Part shown: positions 8,724 to 17,351 of the stretch, in pieces
How the letters are laid out: the number at the start of each line of letters is the position of its first letter
How positions within the stretch are numbered: position 1 is the stretch's first letter
Assembly: GCA_036271855.1 (NCBI GenBank)
Contig: DATAZV010000324.1
Coordinates: 1 to 50,974, forward strand
Direction of reading: 5' to 3'
From: Burkholderiales bacterium
GTDB taxonomy: Bacteria > Pseudomonadota > Gammaproteobacteria > Burkholderiales > JAEUOS01
Length of the DNA stretch: 50,974 bases
Notes under the pieces: model-generated
The model's database searches: none
The model's input: the letters and a program-made list of their open reading frames with translations, nothing else
Told to the model about the DNA's origin: nothing
Translations under genes and position numbers: made by a program

Positions 8724-10652
8724 ATGATCAACCTTCCCCGCCGCCGCGCCCTCGAACTGATTGCCGGCGTCCCGCTGCTGCCCCTGGCGGGCGGCGTGTT
8801 GCCCGGCCTGGCCCGTGCCGCCACCTTCGGGGCCGCGCACGACATGTCGGTCAGCTTCACCTCGATGCCGGCGCCCAGCCTGGCCGACCCGGCGGCGATG
8901 GCCACCACCAGCGTCAGCTCCTCGCTGCAGGTGCGTCACGGCAAGGGCGCGGTACGCAGCTACAAGCTGCAATACGAAACCTTTTTCATCACCGGCACCA
9001 TGGTGCCCGACGGCCGTGGCGGCAGCACCCTAGCGGGCGGCTACTACGACATCAGCGGCAAGCCGATTGCCGACTTAAGCGCGGCCGACAAGCGCCAGTT
9101 CTTTTCCGACTCGCCCGACGGCACTTCGCTGCTGACGCTAAAAGACGCGAAAGTGCCCGGCGTCAAGGGCAATACCGTGTTCGCCGTGGTGCAGTTCGAA
9201 TACACCACGCGCGATAGCGGCGGCGGCTCGATGTACGCCCGGCTGCCCTCGCCCTTCGCCGTGCTGACCCTCGACCAGAATCCGCAGACCGGCGCCCTGT
9301 CGCTGGTGAAATACCACAACGTCGACACCGCGCCGGTGCACGGCGTGTGGATCAGCTGTGGCGCCTCGCGCTCGCCCTGGAACACCCACCTGGGCAGCGA
9401 AGAATACGAGCCGGACGCCACCGTGATCGCCAAGGACGCGCGCTTTCGCGACTTCAGCAAAAACCTGTTCGGCGATGCGGAAAAAGCCAACCCCTATCAC
9501 TACGGCCACATCCCCGAGGTGACGGTGCATGCCGACGGCAGCGGCAGCATCAAAAAGCATTACTGCATGGGGCGCATTTCGCATGAGCTGGTCGAAGTGA
9601 TGCCCGACGAGCGCACCGCCCTGATGGGCGACGACGCCGCCAACGGCGGCCTCTTCATGTTCGTCGCCGACAAGGCGCGCGACCTCTCCAGCGGGACCTT
9701 GTACGTCGCCAAATGGGCGCAAAAAACATCGGAAGCCGGCGGCTCCGCCGACCTGTCGTGGATCAAGCTGGGACACGCCGGCAGCGAAGACATCAAGGCG
9801 CTGGCCGACGGCCTGCAAGCGCGCGAAATCGTCGATGCCAGGACGGAAGATCCGAAGGACGCGACTTACACGAAAATACCTTACAACGGCAAACCCAACT
9901 GGGTGAAGTTCACCCCCGGCATGGAAAAAGCCGCGGCCTTCCTCGAAACCCATCGCTGGGCCGCCGTGCGCGGCGCCAGCATGGGCTTCACCAAAATGGA
10001 GGGGGTGACCGTCAACGCGCGCGACAAGACGGCGTATCTGGCGATGTCCTACATCCAGCCGCCGATGAAAAACGGCTCCGGCGGCATCTCGGTGATGGGC
10101 CCGAATGCCGGCGCGGTCTATACGTTGAAACTCGACGGCGGGCAAAAGGACGAAACCGGCGCCGCCATCGACAGCCCCTGGGTGCCGGTATTCATGTCGG
10201 CCATTCCGGCCCTGCTCGGCGAAGACCTGAAAAGCCCGGACGAGCTAGGCAATCTGGCGCACCCGGACAAGGTTGCCAATCCGGACAACCTCAAGTTCTC
10301 CGAGGCCCTGCGCACCCTGTTCATCGGCGAAGACAGCGGCCTGCACGTCAACAACTTCCTCTGGGCCTACAACGTCGACAGCGGCCAGTTGTCGCGCGTC
10401 ATGTCCGCCCCCGCGGGCGCGGAATCCACCGGCCTGCACGCGGTGGACTACGTCAACGGCTTTGCCTACATCATGAGCAACTTCCAGCATGCGGGTGACT
10501 GGGAGTTGAACACCGACCCGAAAACCGGCGCGGTCACCGGCGGGCTGCACGCCAAGGTGGTAAACAAGCTCGACCCGATGGTTCGCGCCAACTACCGCAA
10601 CCGCTATAGCGCGGCGGTGGGATATCTGGCGGGGCTGCCGCATCCGGCCTAG
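8724..10652 (+). CDS. Tat-exported PhoX-family (DUF839) phosphatase
   Basis: Twin-arginine signal MINLPRRRALELIAG. SCGASRSPWNTHLGSEEYEPD and NPDNLKFSE resemble conserved PhoX segments. AAGGAAA ribosome-binding site. Confidence 0.75.
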   Translation: MINLPRRRALELIAGVPLLPLAGGVLPGLARAATFGAAHDMSVSFTSMPAPSLADPAAMATTSVSSSLQVRHGKGAVRSYKLQYETFFITGTMVPDGRGGSTLAGGYYDISGKPIADLSAADKRQFFSDSPDGTSLLTLKDAKVPGVKGNTVFAVVQFEYTTRDSGGGSMYARLPSPFAVLTLDQNPQTGALSLVKYHNVDTAPVHGVWISCGASRSPWNTHLGSEEYEPDATVIAKDARFRDFSKNLFGDAEKANPYHYGHIPEVTVHADGSGSIKKHYCMGRISHELVEVMPDERTALMGDDAANGGLFMFVADKARDLSSGTLYVAKWAQKTSEAGGSADLSWIKLGHAGSEDIKALADGLQAREIVDARTEDPKDATYTKIPYNGKPNWVKFTPGMEKAAAFLETHRWAAVRGASMGFTKMEGVTVNARDKTAYLAMSYIQPPMKNGSGGISVMGPNAGAVYTLKLDGGQKDETGAAIDSPWVPVFMSAIPALLGEDLKSPDELGNLAHPDKVANPDNLKFSEALRTLFIGEDSGLHVNNFLWAYNVDSGQLSRVMSAPAGAESTGLHAVDYVNGFAYIMSNFQHAGDWELNTDPKTGAVTGGLHAKVVNKLDPMVRANYRNRYSAAVGYLAGLPHPA

Positions 10653-10694
10653 CCAGCCTGGCACCTTGCTTCGAGGCGGCGGTCCGGCATGCCG

Positions 10695-11402
10695 CTACGC
10701 CGCCATGGTGAACTGGGAAATATCGCTTAGCTCGAGCCTTGACTCGGCGGCGCTGATCTGCCGTACCGCGTCCTCGAAGCCGTCATGGCCGAAGGTCTGC
10801 TTTTCGATGTCCTCGAATTTTTCCGACATCTCCTTGTAGGCCTTGTCGGAAAGCGAATCCTTCCATGCGATGAAGACAATGGTGTCCTCGCGCGCCGTGT
10901 GGTGCTCATACATCAGCTCGAAGGCGTCGAGAGCGCGCGCCAGCGGCGCCACGGCGGCGCCGGCGATACGGCCGTTGCGGGTCACGCTCATCACGTAGTC
11001 GTTGAGGGCGCGGCCGCGGTCGTGCTGCTGCTGCAACACGTCCGGATAGGCGGCGGCCGGCTGTTTGAGCTTGCGCACCGCCGGAAAGATGAAGACCTCT
11101 TCGATCTTGCGCTCGTGATAGTCCTCGCCGAAGGAGCGGAACATCTGCGCGGTTTTCAGCAGGGCATCGGCCGGCACGGTGCGCGGGTCGTGGCGCAGGC
11201 GCGCGGCCGCCGCGCGGTAGACCAGCAGGGCGCGGCGCAGCACGCCGTGCTCGCGCATCAGGTCTTCGGCGGCCTGCACTTCCTTGGCGCCCTCGGCGCC
11301 GGCGGGACGCGCGGCGAGTGCTGCCAGGCCGGCGCCGCCGGCGGCAGCCAGGCTCAGAAAACGCCGGCGGTCCTGCGGCTTGCTGTTGATGTTTTCTTGC
11401 AT
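10695..11402 (-). CDS. Tat-signal hemerythrin-like domain protein
   Basis: 235 aa. DRRRFLSLAAAGGAGLAALAA Tat signal. LMREHGVLRR, EDYHERKIEE and YEHHTAREDT give the His/Glu pattern of hemerythrin-like cation-binding domains. Confidence 0.8.
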   Translation of the reverse strand: MQENINSKPQDRRRFLSLAAAGGAGLAALAARPAGAEGAKEVQAAEDLMREHGVLRRALLVYRAAAARLRHDPRTVPADALLKTAQMFRSFGEDYHERKIEEVFIFPAVRKLKQPAAAYPDVLQQQHDRGRALNDYVMSVTRNGRIAGAAVAPLARALDAFELMYEHHTAREDTIVFIAWKDSLSDKAYKEMSEKFEDIEKQTFGHDGFEDAVRQISAAESRLELSDISQFTMAA

Positions 11403-11494
11403 GGCTGGATCCGTTTTTTCGCGCGCGGCCGGCGGCCGAAGTTGCAGCACCGCGCCCACCATAAGTCCGGCCGAAAACAGGGTCTGTCGGCACC

Positions 11495-11536
11495 GGCGCA
11501 ATGCGCTGTCGGCGGATTCCGACAGCGCATTGCGCC
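11495..11536 (-). terminator. perfect 18-bp hairpin downstream of the MFS gene
   Basis: GGCGCAATGCGCTGTCGG-CGGATT-CCGACAGCGCATTGCGCC lies 6 nt after the MFS stop. There is only a weak T tract (TTTT about 12 nt further on the minus strand). Confidence 0.5.
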
Positions 11537-11541
11537 TTGCC

Positions 11542-12849
11542 TCAGGCGGCGCGGACGCGCCCCTGCACCAGGCGCACCTTGCGCGGCGCGGCGATCCAGA
11601 TCGCCGCCGCCGACACAACGCAGCAAGCAATGGCGAGCAGGAAGGCCATACGGTAGCTGCCCGTGACGTCGTGGATCACGCCGGTGACCCAGGGGCCGGC
11701 GGCGCCGCCGCCGATCAGGGCGACGGTGAGGGTGCCGAAGACGGCGCCGAAATGCGGCCCCTCGAAAATCTCGGCGGCGATCGGCCCCATCACGGCCACC
11801 GCCGCATAGCCGAGGAAGCCTTGCGAGACCACCATCGCGTACAACAGCGCATTCGATGGCGCGTGTTCCATGGCGATCAGCGCGGCGTAGCAGATCACGA
11901 AACCCAGGCAGGCGATGGTCCACACCCACTCGCGGCCGATGCGGTCCGACAGCGCGCCCAGGCCGATCTGCCCGGGAATGGCGACCGCGCTGACCAGGCC
12001 CAGCGCCCACGCCGCCGTCAGCGGGGCGAAACCAAGCTCGGTCAGGTATTTGGTCTGGTGCACCTGCACCGCGTACCAGGCGTAGACGACGCAAAAGTAC
12101 GCCAGCATGAGCCACCAGAAGCGGGCGGTGGAGAGCGCCCGCGCCAGGGTCCACTCGATGGCGGTCCAGGCCGGGTCGGCGATGTTCGAGGCCAGTCGCT
12201 TGGCCTCGGCGGCGGCATGCGAGTCGCCGTCCGGCAGCAAACCGAGGTCTTGTGGGCGGCGGCGCACCAGCAGGGCCAGTGGGCCGATCACCAGCAGGAT
12301 CAACAGGCCCATCACCGAACACGAGGCGCGCCAGCCGTCGCGCACGATGATGCCTTGCAGCCAGGGCAGCAGGATGATCGCGCCCGCCCCGGCGCCGGCG
12401 AAGGCGATGCTCATCGCCAGCCCGCGGCGGCGCACGAACCAGCTCGGCAGGAACAGCGAGTGCGCGGTGTAGGTCATGAGATTGGTGCCGCTGCCGACCA
12501 GGATGCCCAGGGTGGCGTAGAGCTGCCAGGGCTTTTCGATCAGCGGCGCCAGCAGCATGCCCAGGCTCATCAGGACGACGCCGGTTTCGATCACCACGCG
12601 CGGGCCGCGGCTGTCCATCAGGCGGCCGACCAGCGGGCTGATGATGGCCGAGACCAGGAAGCCGAAGGAAAAGGCGCCGGCCGCCAGACCCCGGTCCCAG
12701 CCGAATTCGCCGATCAGCGGCGGCAGCAGCAGCGAGAAGGCGGTGCGCGCGGTGACCGCGATGGCCATGGTGACAAAGGCGACGGCGATGATGATCCAGC
12801 CGTAGTAAAACGGCAGGCGCGAGGACCAATGCCGGGGCGCGGTGTCCAT
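11542..12849 (-). CDS. MFS transporter
   Basis: About 435 aa with 12 predicted hydrophobic spans and GRLMDSRGPR-type loop 2-3 motif. Start taken at MDTAPRHW; the in-frame upstream TTG at 12918 is less likely. Confidence 0.85.
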   Translation of the reverse strand: MDTAPRHWSSRLPFYYGWIIIAVAFVTMAIAVTARTAFSLLLPPLIGEFGWDRGLAAGAFSFGFLVSAIISPLVGRLMDSRGPRVVIETGVVLMSLGMLLAPLIEKPWQLYATLGILVGSGTNLMTYTAHSLFLPSWFVRRRGLAMSIAFAGAGAGAIILLPWLQGIIVRDGWRASCSVMGLLILLVIGPLALLVRRRPQDLGLLPDGDSHAAAEAKRLASNIADPAWTAIEWTLARALSTARFWWLMLAYFCVVYAWYAVQVHQTKYLTELGFAPLTAAWALGLVSAVAIPGQIGLGALSDRIGREWVWTIACLGFVICYAALIAMEHAPSNALLYAMVVSQGFLGYAAVAVMGPIAAEIFEGPHFGAVFGTLTVALIGGGAAGPWVTGVIHDVTGSYRMAFLLAIACCVVSAAAIWIAAPRKVRLVQGRVRAA

Positions 12850-12970
12850 CGGGTAGCGGCCTTTGTCGGTGTGGATGGCGGGGCGGCGCCGTAGCGGGCC
12901 GCCTTTTGTTCCGCGCAATATACAGGTGCGCCTTGCGCCCGGCCAATTACGCCGCGGGTAGCCGTGGCGT

Positions 12971-13000
12971 AAAAAAGGGCCGCGATCGGCGGCCCTTTTG
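12971..13000 (-). terminator. intrinsic terminator after the Bug-family gene
   Basis: GGGCCGC-GATCG-GCGGCCC stem flanked by A6 and T4, which reads as hairpin plus T6 on the minus strand. It lies 24 nt downstream of the stop at 13024. Confidence 0.6.
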
Positions 13001-13023
13001 GTCTTTTACGCCGGTCAGCGCGG

Positions 13024-14031
13024 CTACAGTTTTTCCATTTTTGTTTCGGCGACGACCTTGGTCCACTTGTTCACTTCGGACACCACCAGGTCGTGGAATT
13101 CTTCCGGGGTGCCGCCGCGCGAGTCGATGCCGAAGTCGGCGAACTTCTGCCGGATATCGGGCAGGGCCATGGCGGCGTTGATTTCACGGTTCAGGCGTTC
13201 GATGATGGGGCGCGGCGTCTTCGCCGGCGCGGCCACACCGTTCCAGGCGATGACGTCGTAGTTGGCGACGCCGGATTCCTTCACCGTCGGCACCTCGGGC
13301 AGGCCGCGAAAGCGGCTGGCGGCGGTGACCGCGATCGCCTTGATGTCGCCGTGCTTGAGCATCGCCAGCACCGGCGCGCCGATCTCGAAGGCCACCTGGA
13401 TGTCGCCGCCCCTGAGCGCGGAGATCAGCGAGGGCGTGCTCTTGAACGGCACGATCGAGGCGGGGGTGCCGGTGACGGCCTTGAACAGGGAGGCGGCCAT
13501 GTTCTGCCCGCTGCCTACGCTGACCGAGCCGATATTGAATTTGGCCGGATTGGCCTTGGCCTGCGCCAGCAGGTCCTGCACGCTGTTGACCGGGCTGTCC
13601 TTGTCGGCCAGGATGATGACGGTGAAATAGCCCATCGCCGAGACCGTATTGAAGTCCTTGATGATGTCGAAGGGCAGGGTACGAAAGAGAGCGGCGGACA
13701 CCGCGTTGCCCTGGTTCAGGTGCAGCAGGTTGTAGCCGTCGGGCTCGGACTTGGCCACCAGGTCGGCGGCAACGATGCCGCCGGCGCCGGGGCGGTTGTC
13801 CACCACGATCTGCTGGCCGAGCTTGGCCGATACTTTTTCGGCCACCATGCGCGCGGTGATGTCGGCGACGCCGCCGGGGGCGTAGCCGACCACCAGGCGG
13901 ATCGGCTTTTGCGGCCAGGCGCCTTGCGCGCTTGCGCCCGGCGGCAGGGCGCTGCCAAGGGCGAGAGCGCCTGCGCTTTTGAGAAAGTCGCGCCGGCGTG
14001 CGGGCGCCGGATTGAGGTCGGTCTGTTTCAT
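13024..14031 (-). CDS. Bug-family tripartite tricarboxylate transporter substrate-binding protein (TctC-like)
   Basis: Tat-like signal ARRRDFLKSAGALALG, then PIRLVVGYAPGGVADITAR, the Bug signature. ATG at 14031 has the best ribosome-binding site (GAAAGAG); in-frame ATGs at 14043 and 14064 are alternatives. Confidence 0.85.
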   Translation of the reverse strand: MKQTDLNPAPARRRDFLKSAGALALGSALPPGASAQGAWPQKPIRLVVGYAPGGVADITARMVAEKVSAKLGQQIVVDNRPGAGGIVAADLVAKSEPDGYNLLHLNQGNAVSAALFRTLPFDIIKDFNTVSAMGYFTVIILADKDSPVNSVQDLLAQAKANPAKFNIGSVSVGSGQNMAASLFKAVTGTPASIVPFKSTPSLISALRGGDIQVAFEIGAPVLAMLKHGDIKAIAVTAASRFRGLPEVPTVKESGVANYDVIAWNGVAAPAKTPRPIIERLNREINAAMALPDIRQKFADFGIDSRGGTPEEFHDLVVSEVNKWTKVVAETKMEKL

Positions 14032-14140
14032 TGTCTCTTTCATTTTCGTTTTGCTCGCGTCCATGGGGACCGGGAGGGGATGATAGCCAGAGCCGGCCTT
14101 GCAGGCAACGCATGGGCGGGATTCGCCCGCCGCGGCATTG

Positions 14141-14602
14141 TCAGCGCGGCGCGGCCGGCGCCGGCCCGGAAGCCTGGTCGCGCGGCGCCGCCGAGGCCGG
14201 CAGGCCGAAGACGCGGTCGAAGGCCCAGGCGAAAGTGAAGGTATAGCCGAGAAAAAAGATCACCAGCGTGAGGTCGAGCAGCAGGGCCTGCATCAGGCTG
14301 ATGCGAAACCACCAGGCGATCAGGGGCACCAGCAGGGCGACCAGGCCCCCTTCGAAGCCGATGGTGTGGGCGATGCGCCGCGCCAGGCTGCGGCCGCGCT
14401 TCACCTGGCGTTTCTCCCAGGCTTCGAACAGATGGGTATAGACGAAGTTCCAGGTGACGGCGACGGCCGAGGTGGCCGCCGCCAGCACGCTGGAGTGACC
14501 CAGTTCGTTGCCGGAAAACAGCGCCAGGCCGAAGGTGGCGCAGACGATGGCGATGGCCTCGAACAGGGTGACGTAGACGATTTTGCGTTTCAGGCCTTGC
14601 AT
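14141..14602 (-). CDS. PACE-family efflux transporter (AceI-like, tandem BTP domains)
   Basis: About 153 aa with 4 TM spans. The paired motifs RKIVYVTLFEAIAI and RIAHTIGFEGGLV carry the conserved membrane Glu of each BTP repeat. Start taken at MQGLKRK. Confidence 0.8.
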   Translation of the reverse strand: MQGLKRKIVYVTLFEAIAIVCATFGLALFSGNELGHSSVLAAATSAVAVTWNFVYTHLFEAWEKRQVKRGRSLARRIAHTIGFEGGLVALLVPLIAWWFRISLMQALLLDLTLVIFFLGYTFTFAWAFDRVFGLPASAAPRDQASGPAPAAPR

Positions 14603-14690
14603 GGTGCGGGGTACTTTTCTGGCGGCGGTGCGAAATGGCGGTGCGTATTGTCCCTGATTTGGCGCCGTGGGCGGGTTGTACAATCGCGCC

Positions 14691-15656
14691 GTGACTGATG
14701 CGCAATCTCCCGGCGGCGCGGCGCCGGAACCCTTTTACGCCGACCGCGCCGCGCTCAAGCGTAATTTCGGCCGCGCCGCGCCCCTGTTCAGCCAGGCCGA
14801 CGCGCTGCACCGCGAAGTCGGCTCGCGCATGCTGGAGCGCCTGGGGTACATCAAGATCGACCCGGCGCGGGTGCTCGACTCAGGCTCGGCCACCGGCGGC
14901 GCGCTGCCGGGTTTGCAGGAGCGTTATCCGCGCGCGCAAATGCTGGCGCTGGATTTCGCGCGGCCGATGCTTAGCGCGGCCGTGCCTGCGGCTGCGCCCT
15001 GGCATGCGCGCCTGGCCGCCAGCTTGCGGCGCCAGGCTGCTCCGCCGCTCGGCGTGCAGGCGGACATGGCGCAACTGCCGTTTGCCGGCGGCGCGCTCGA
15101 CCTGGTGTGGTCCAACCTGGCGCTGCACTGGCTGGACGATCCGCAGCCGGCGATCCGCGAGGCGCAGCGGGCGCTGGCCGTCGATGGCCTGTTCATGTTC
15201 AGCACCCTGGGGCCGGATACGCTGATGGAATTGCGCGAGGCCTTTGCCGAAGCGGCGCAAACGCCGCAGCAAAAGGCGGCCTGGCACGTAAAGCGCTTCA
15301 TCGACCTGCACGACATCGGCGACGTGCTGGTGGGCGCGGGTTTCGTCACCCCGGTGATGGACATGGAAAAGCTGACCCTTACCTACGAAACGCTGGACGG
15401 CCTGTTTGCCGACCTGCGCAACAGCGGCTCGGTGAACGCGATGCTGGGGCGCCCGCGCGGGCTGCTGTCGCGCGGCCTGCTTGAGCGGGTGCGCGCGGCC
15501 TATGAGACGCGGCGGGCGATGCGTGGCGATGCGCGGCTGCCGGCGACTTTCGAGGTGATCTATGGCCACGCCTGGAAGGGGCGGCCACGGCGCACGGCGG
15601 GGGGCGAGGCGGTGATGAATTTCGTGCCGCCGGCGGAATACCGGGCGAAGCGCTAG
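14691..15656 (+). CDS. bioC: malonyl-ACP O-methyltransferase BioC
   Basis: RNFGRAAPLFSQADALHREV, SAM motif VLDSGSATGG, and LDLVWSNLALHW. GTG at 14691 is preferred; the in-frame GTG at 14667 is possible. Confidence 0.8.
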   Translation: MTDAQSPGGAAPEPFYADRAALKRNFGRAAPLFSQADALHREVGSRMLERLGYIKIDPARVLDSGSATGGALPGLQERYPRAQMLALDFARPMLSAAVPAAAPWHARLAASLRRQAAPPLGVQADMAQLPFAGGALDLVWSNLALHWLDDPQPAIREAQRALAVDGLFMFSTLGPDTLMELREAFAEAAQTPQQKAAWHVKRFIDLHDIGDVLVGAGFVTPVMDMEKLTLTYETLDGLFADLRNSGSVNAMLGRPRGLLSRGLLERVRAAYETRRAMRGDARLPATFEVIYGHAWKGRPRRTAGGEAVMNFVPPAEYRAKR

Positions 15657-16065
15657 AGACGCGATATCGTGCGCTGCAATATGGTTTTTTGTGACTTTTT
15701 TGGCATATCCGGCGGGAATGGCAAGGCACTTAAGGGGCCGATTACCCTTGCTGGGAATGCGGGTACGGGGAAGGCTGATATAATCCGCCGGTTTTGGTAA
15801 TCAGGCCGGGGTTTGCCTGGAAGGTGCGCTGTGCAAGCAGTCGAATTCGACGCCGCGATGGGTTGGGAAGCGCGGCCGGAGCCCCAAAAGGGTGCTCTGG
15901 CGCAAGCTGCGGCGGTGGAATTTGTGCTGCGGCGCAACTGCTGGTGTTTGGCGCCTGGACGGCAGCGAAAAGGGATTTGCGCGCGGCGCCGGCCGCAGTT
16001 GGGGCGGCGAAGCGTGGAACGCGAAGTATGCGTAATTTCAACATCAAGACTAGCGTGACGAGGAC

Positions 16066-17283
16066 ATGATGGCTGTATCGACTCACTTGCGGAAACTGGC
16101 CGCACAACTGGGGGTGGCGGCTGGTGCCGCGGCGTGCGGGGCAAGCGCGTTTGCCGCCGACATGGTCGGAGGCCCCGCCGAACTGCAGCTCAACCTGCAG
16201 CGGCCGGTGACCGAGATCGCCGACCAGATCTACGATCTGCACACCGGCATGCTGATCGTCTGCCTGCTGATCTTCATCGCGGTGTTCGCCGCGATGTTCT
16301 ACTCGATCTACGCGCACCGCAAGGACAAGGGCCACAAGGCCGCGACCTTCCACGAGAGCACAACGGTGGAAATCGCCTGGACCATCATCCCGATGATCAT
16401 CGTCATCGGCATGGCCGGCTTCGCCACCCGCACCGTGATCGCGATGAAGGACACTTCCAACGCCGACCTGACCATCAAGGCCACCGGCTACCAGTGGAAG
16501 TGGGGCTACGACTACATCAAGGGCGAAGGCGAGGGCATCAGCTTCTACTCCAGCCTGTCGACCCCGCGCGCGCAGATCGAAGGCAAAGCCGAGCGCGGCA
16601 ACGAGTACCTGCTGGAAGTCGACAACGAAGTCGTGGTGCCGATGAACAAGAAGATCCGCATCCTGACCACCGCCGACGACGTGATCCACGCCTGGATGAT
16701 TCCGGCTTTCGGCGTCAAGCAGGACGCGATTCCCGGCTTTGTGCGCGACACCTGGTTCAAGTCGAAGGAACCCGGGATTTTCCGCGGCCAGTGCGCCGAG
16801 CTGTGCGGCAAGGAACACGGCTTCATGCCGATCGTCGTGCACGTGATGACGGATGCCGACTACACCAAGTGGGTGGCCGACAAGAAGAAGGAAATGGCCT
16901 CCAAGCAGGAAGACCCGAACAAGGTCTGGACCCAGGTCGACCTGGTGAAGAAGGGTGAAGACGTTTACACGAAGAATTGCGCCGCCTGCCACCAGGCCAA
17001 TGGCAAGGGCACGCCGCCGGCCTTCCCGCCGCTGGATGGTTCCAAGACCGTGCTGGGCCCGCTGGACAATCAGGTCGCGGTCGAGTTGTACGGCCGTACC
17101 GGCACCGCGATGGCGGCGATGGGCAAGACGCTCTCCGACACCGAGATTGCAGCGGTCGTCACCTACACCCGCAATACCTGGACCAACAAGGCGTCGGTGG
17201 CGCTGGTGCAGCCCAGCGACGTCAAGGCCGCGCGCGGCTGGGATGCCGCCAAGGTGACGGCGCTGACCGCCAAGCCGCAGTAA
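16066..17283 (+). CDS. coxB: cytochrome c oxidase subunit II with C-terminal cytochrome c domain
   Basis: CuA site HAWMIPAFG...CAELCGKEHGFM and heme c motif CAACH near the C-terminus. Confidence 0.95.
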   Translation: MMAVSTHLRKLAAQLGVAAGAAACGASAFAADMVGGPAELQLNLQRPVTEIADQIYDLHTGMLIVCLLIFIAVFAAMFYSIYAHRKDKGHKAATFHESTTVEIAWTIIPMIIVIGMAGFATRTVIAMKDTSNADLTIKATGYQWKWGYDYIKGEGEGISFYSSLSTPRAQIEGKAERGNEYLLEVDNEVVVPMNKKIRILTTADDVIHAWMIPAFGVKQDAIPGFVRDTWFKSKEPGIFRGQCAELCGKEHGFMPIVVHVMTDADYTKWVADKKKEMASKQEDPNKVWTQVDLVKKGEDVYTKNCAACHQANGKGTPPAFPPLDGSKTVLGPLDNQVAVELYGRTGTAMAAMGKTLSDTEIAAVVTYTRNTWTNKASVALVQPSDVKAARGWDAAKVTALTAKPQ

Positions 17284-17351
17284 GCACGAATCGACAGTAC
17301 GGCAGCAGCACGCAATACGGCAACCGAACATATTTTTGAGTTGAGGTAATC

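Noticed and set aside
15742-17331. 529-aa ORF on the minus strand across the coxB region
   Set aside because: It is antisense to a clearly identified coxB (CuA and heme c motifs). Its R/G/A/H/D-rich composition is typical of shadow ORFs in GC-rich DNA.
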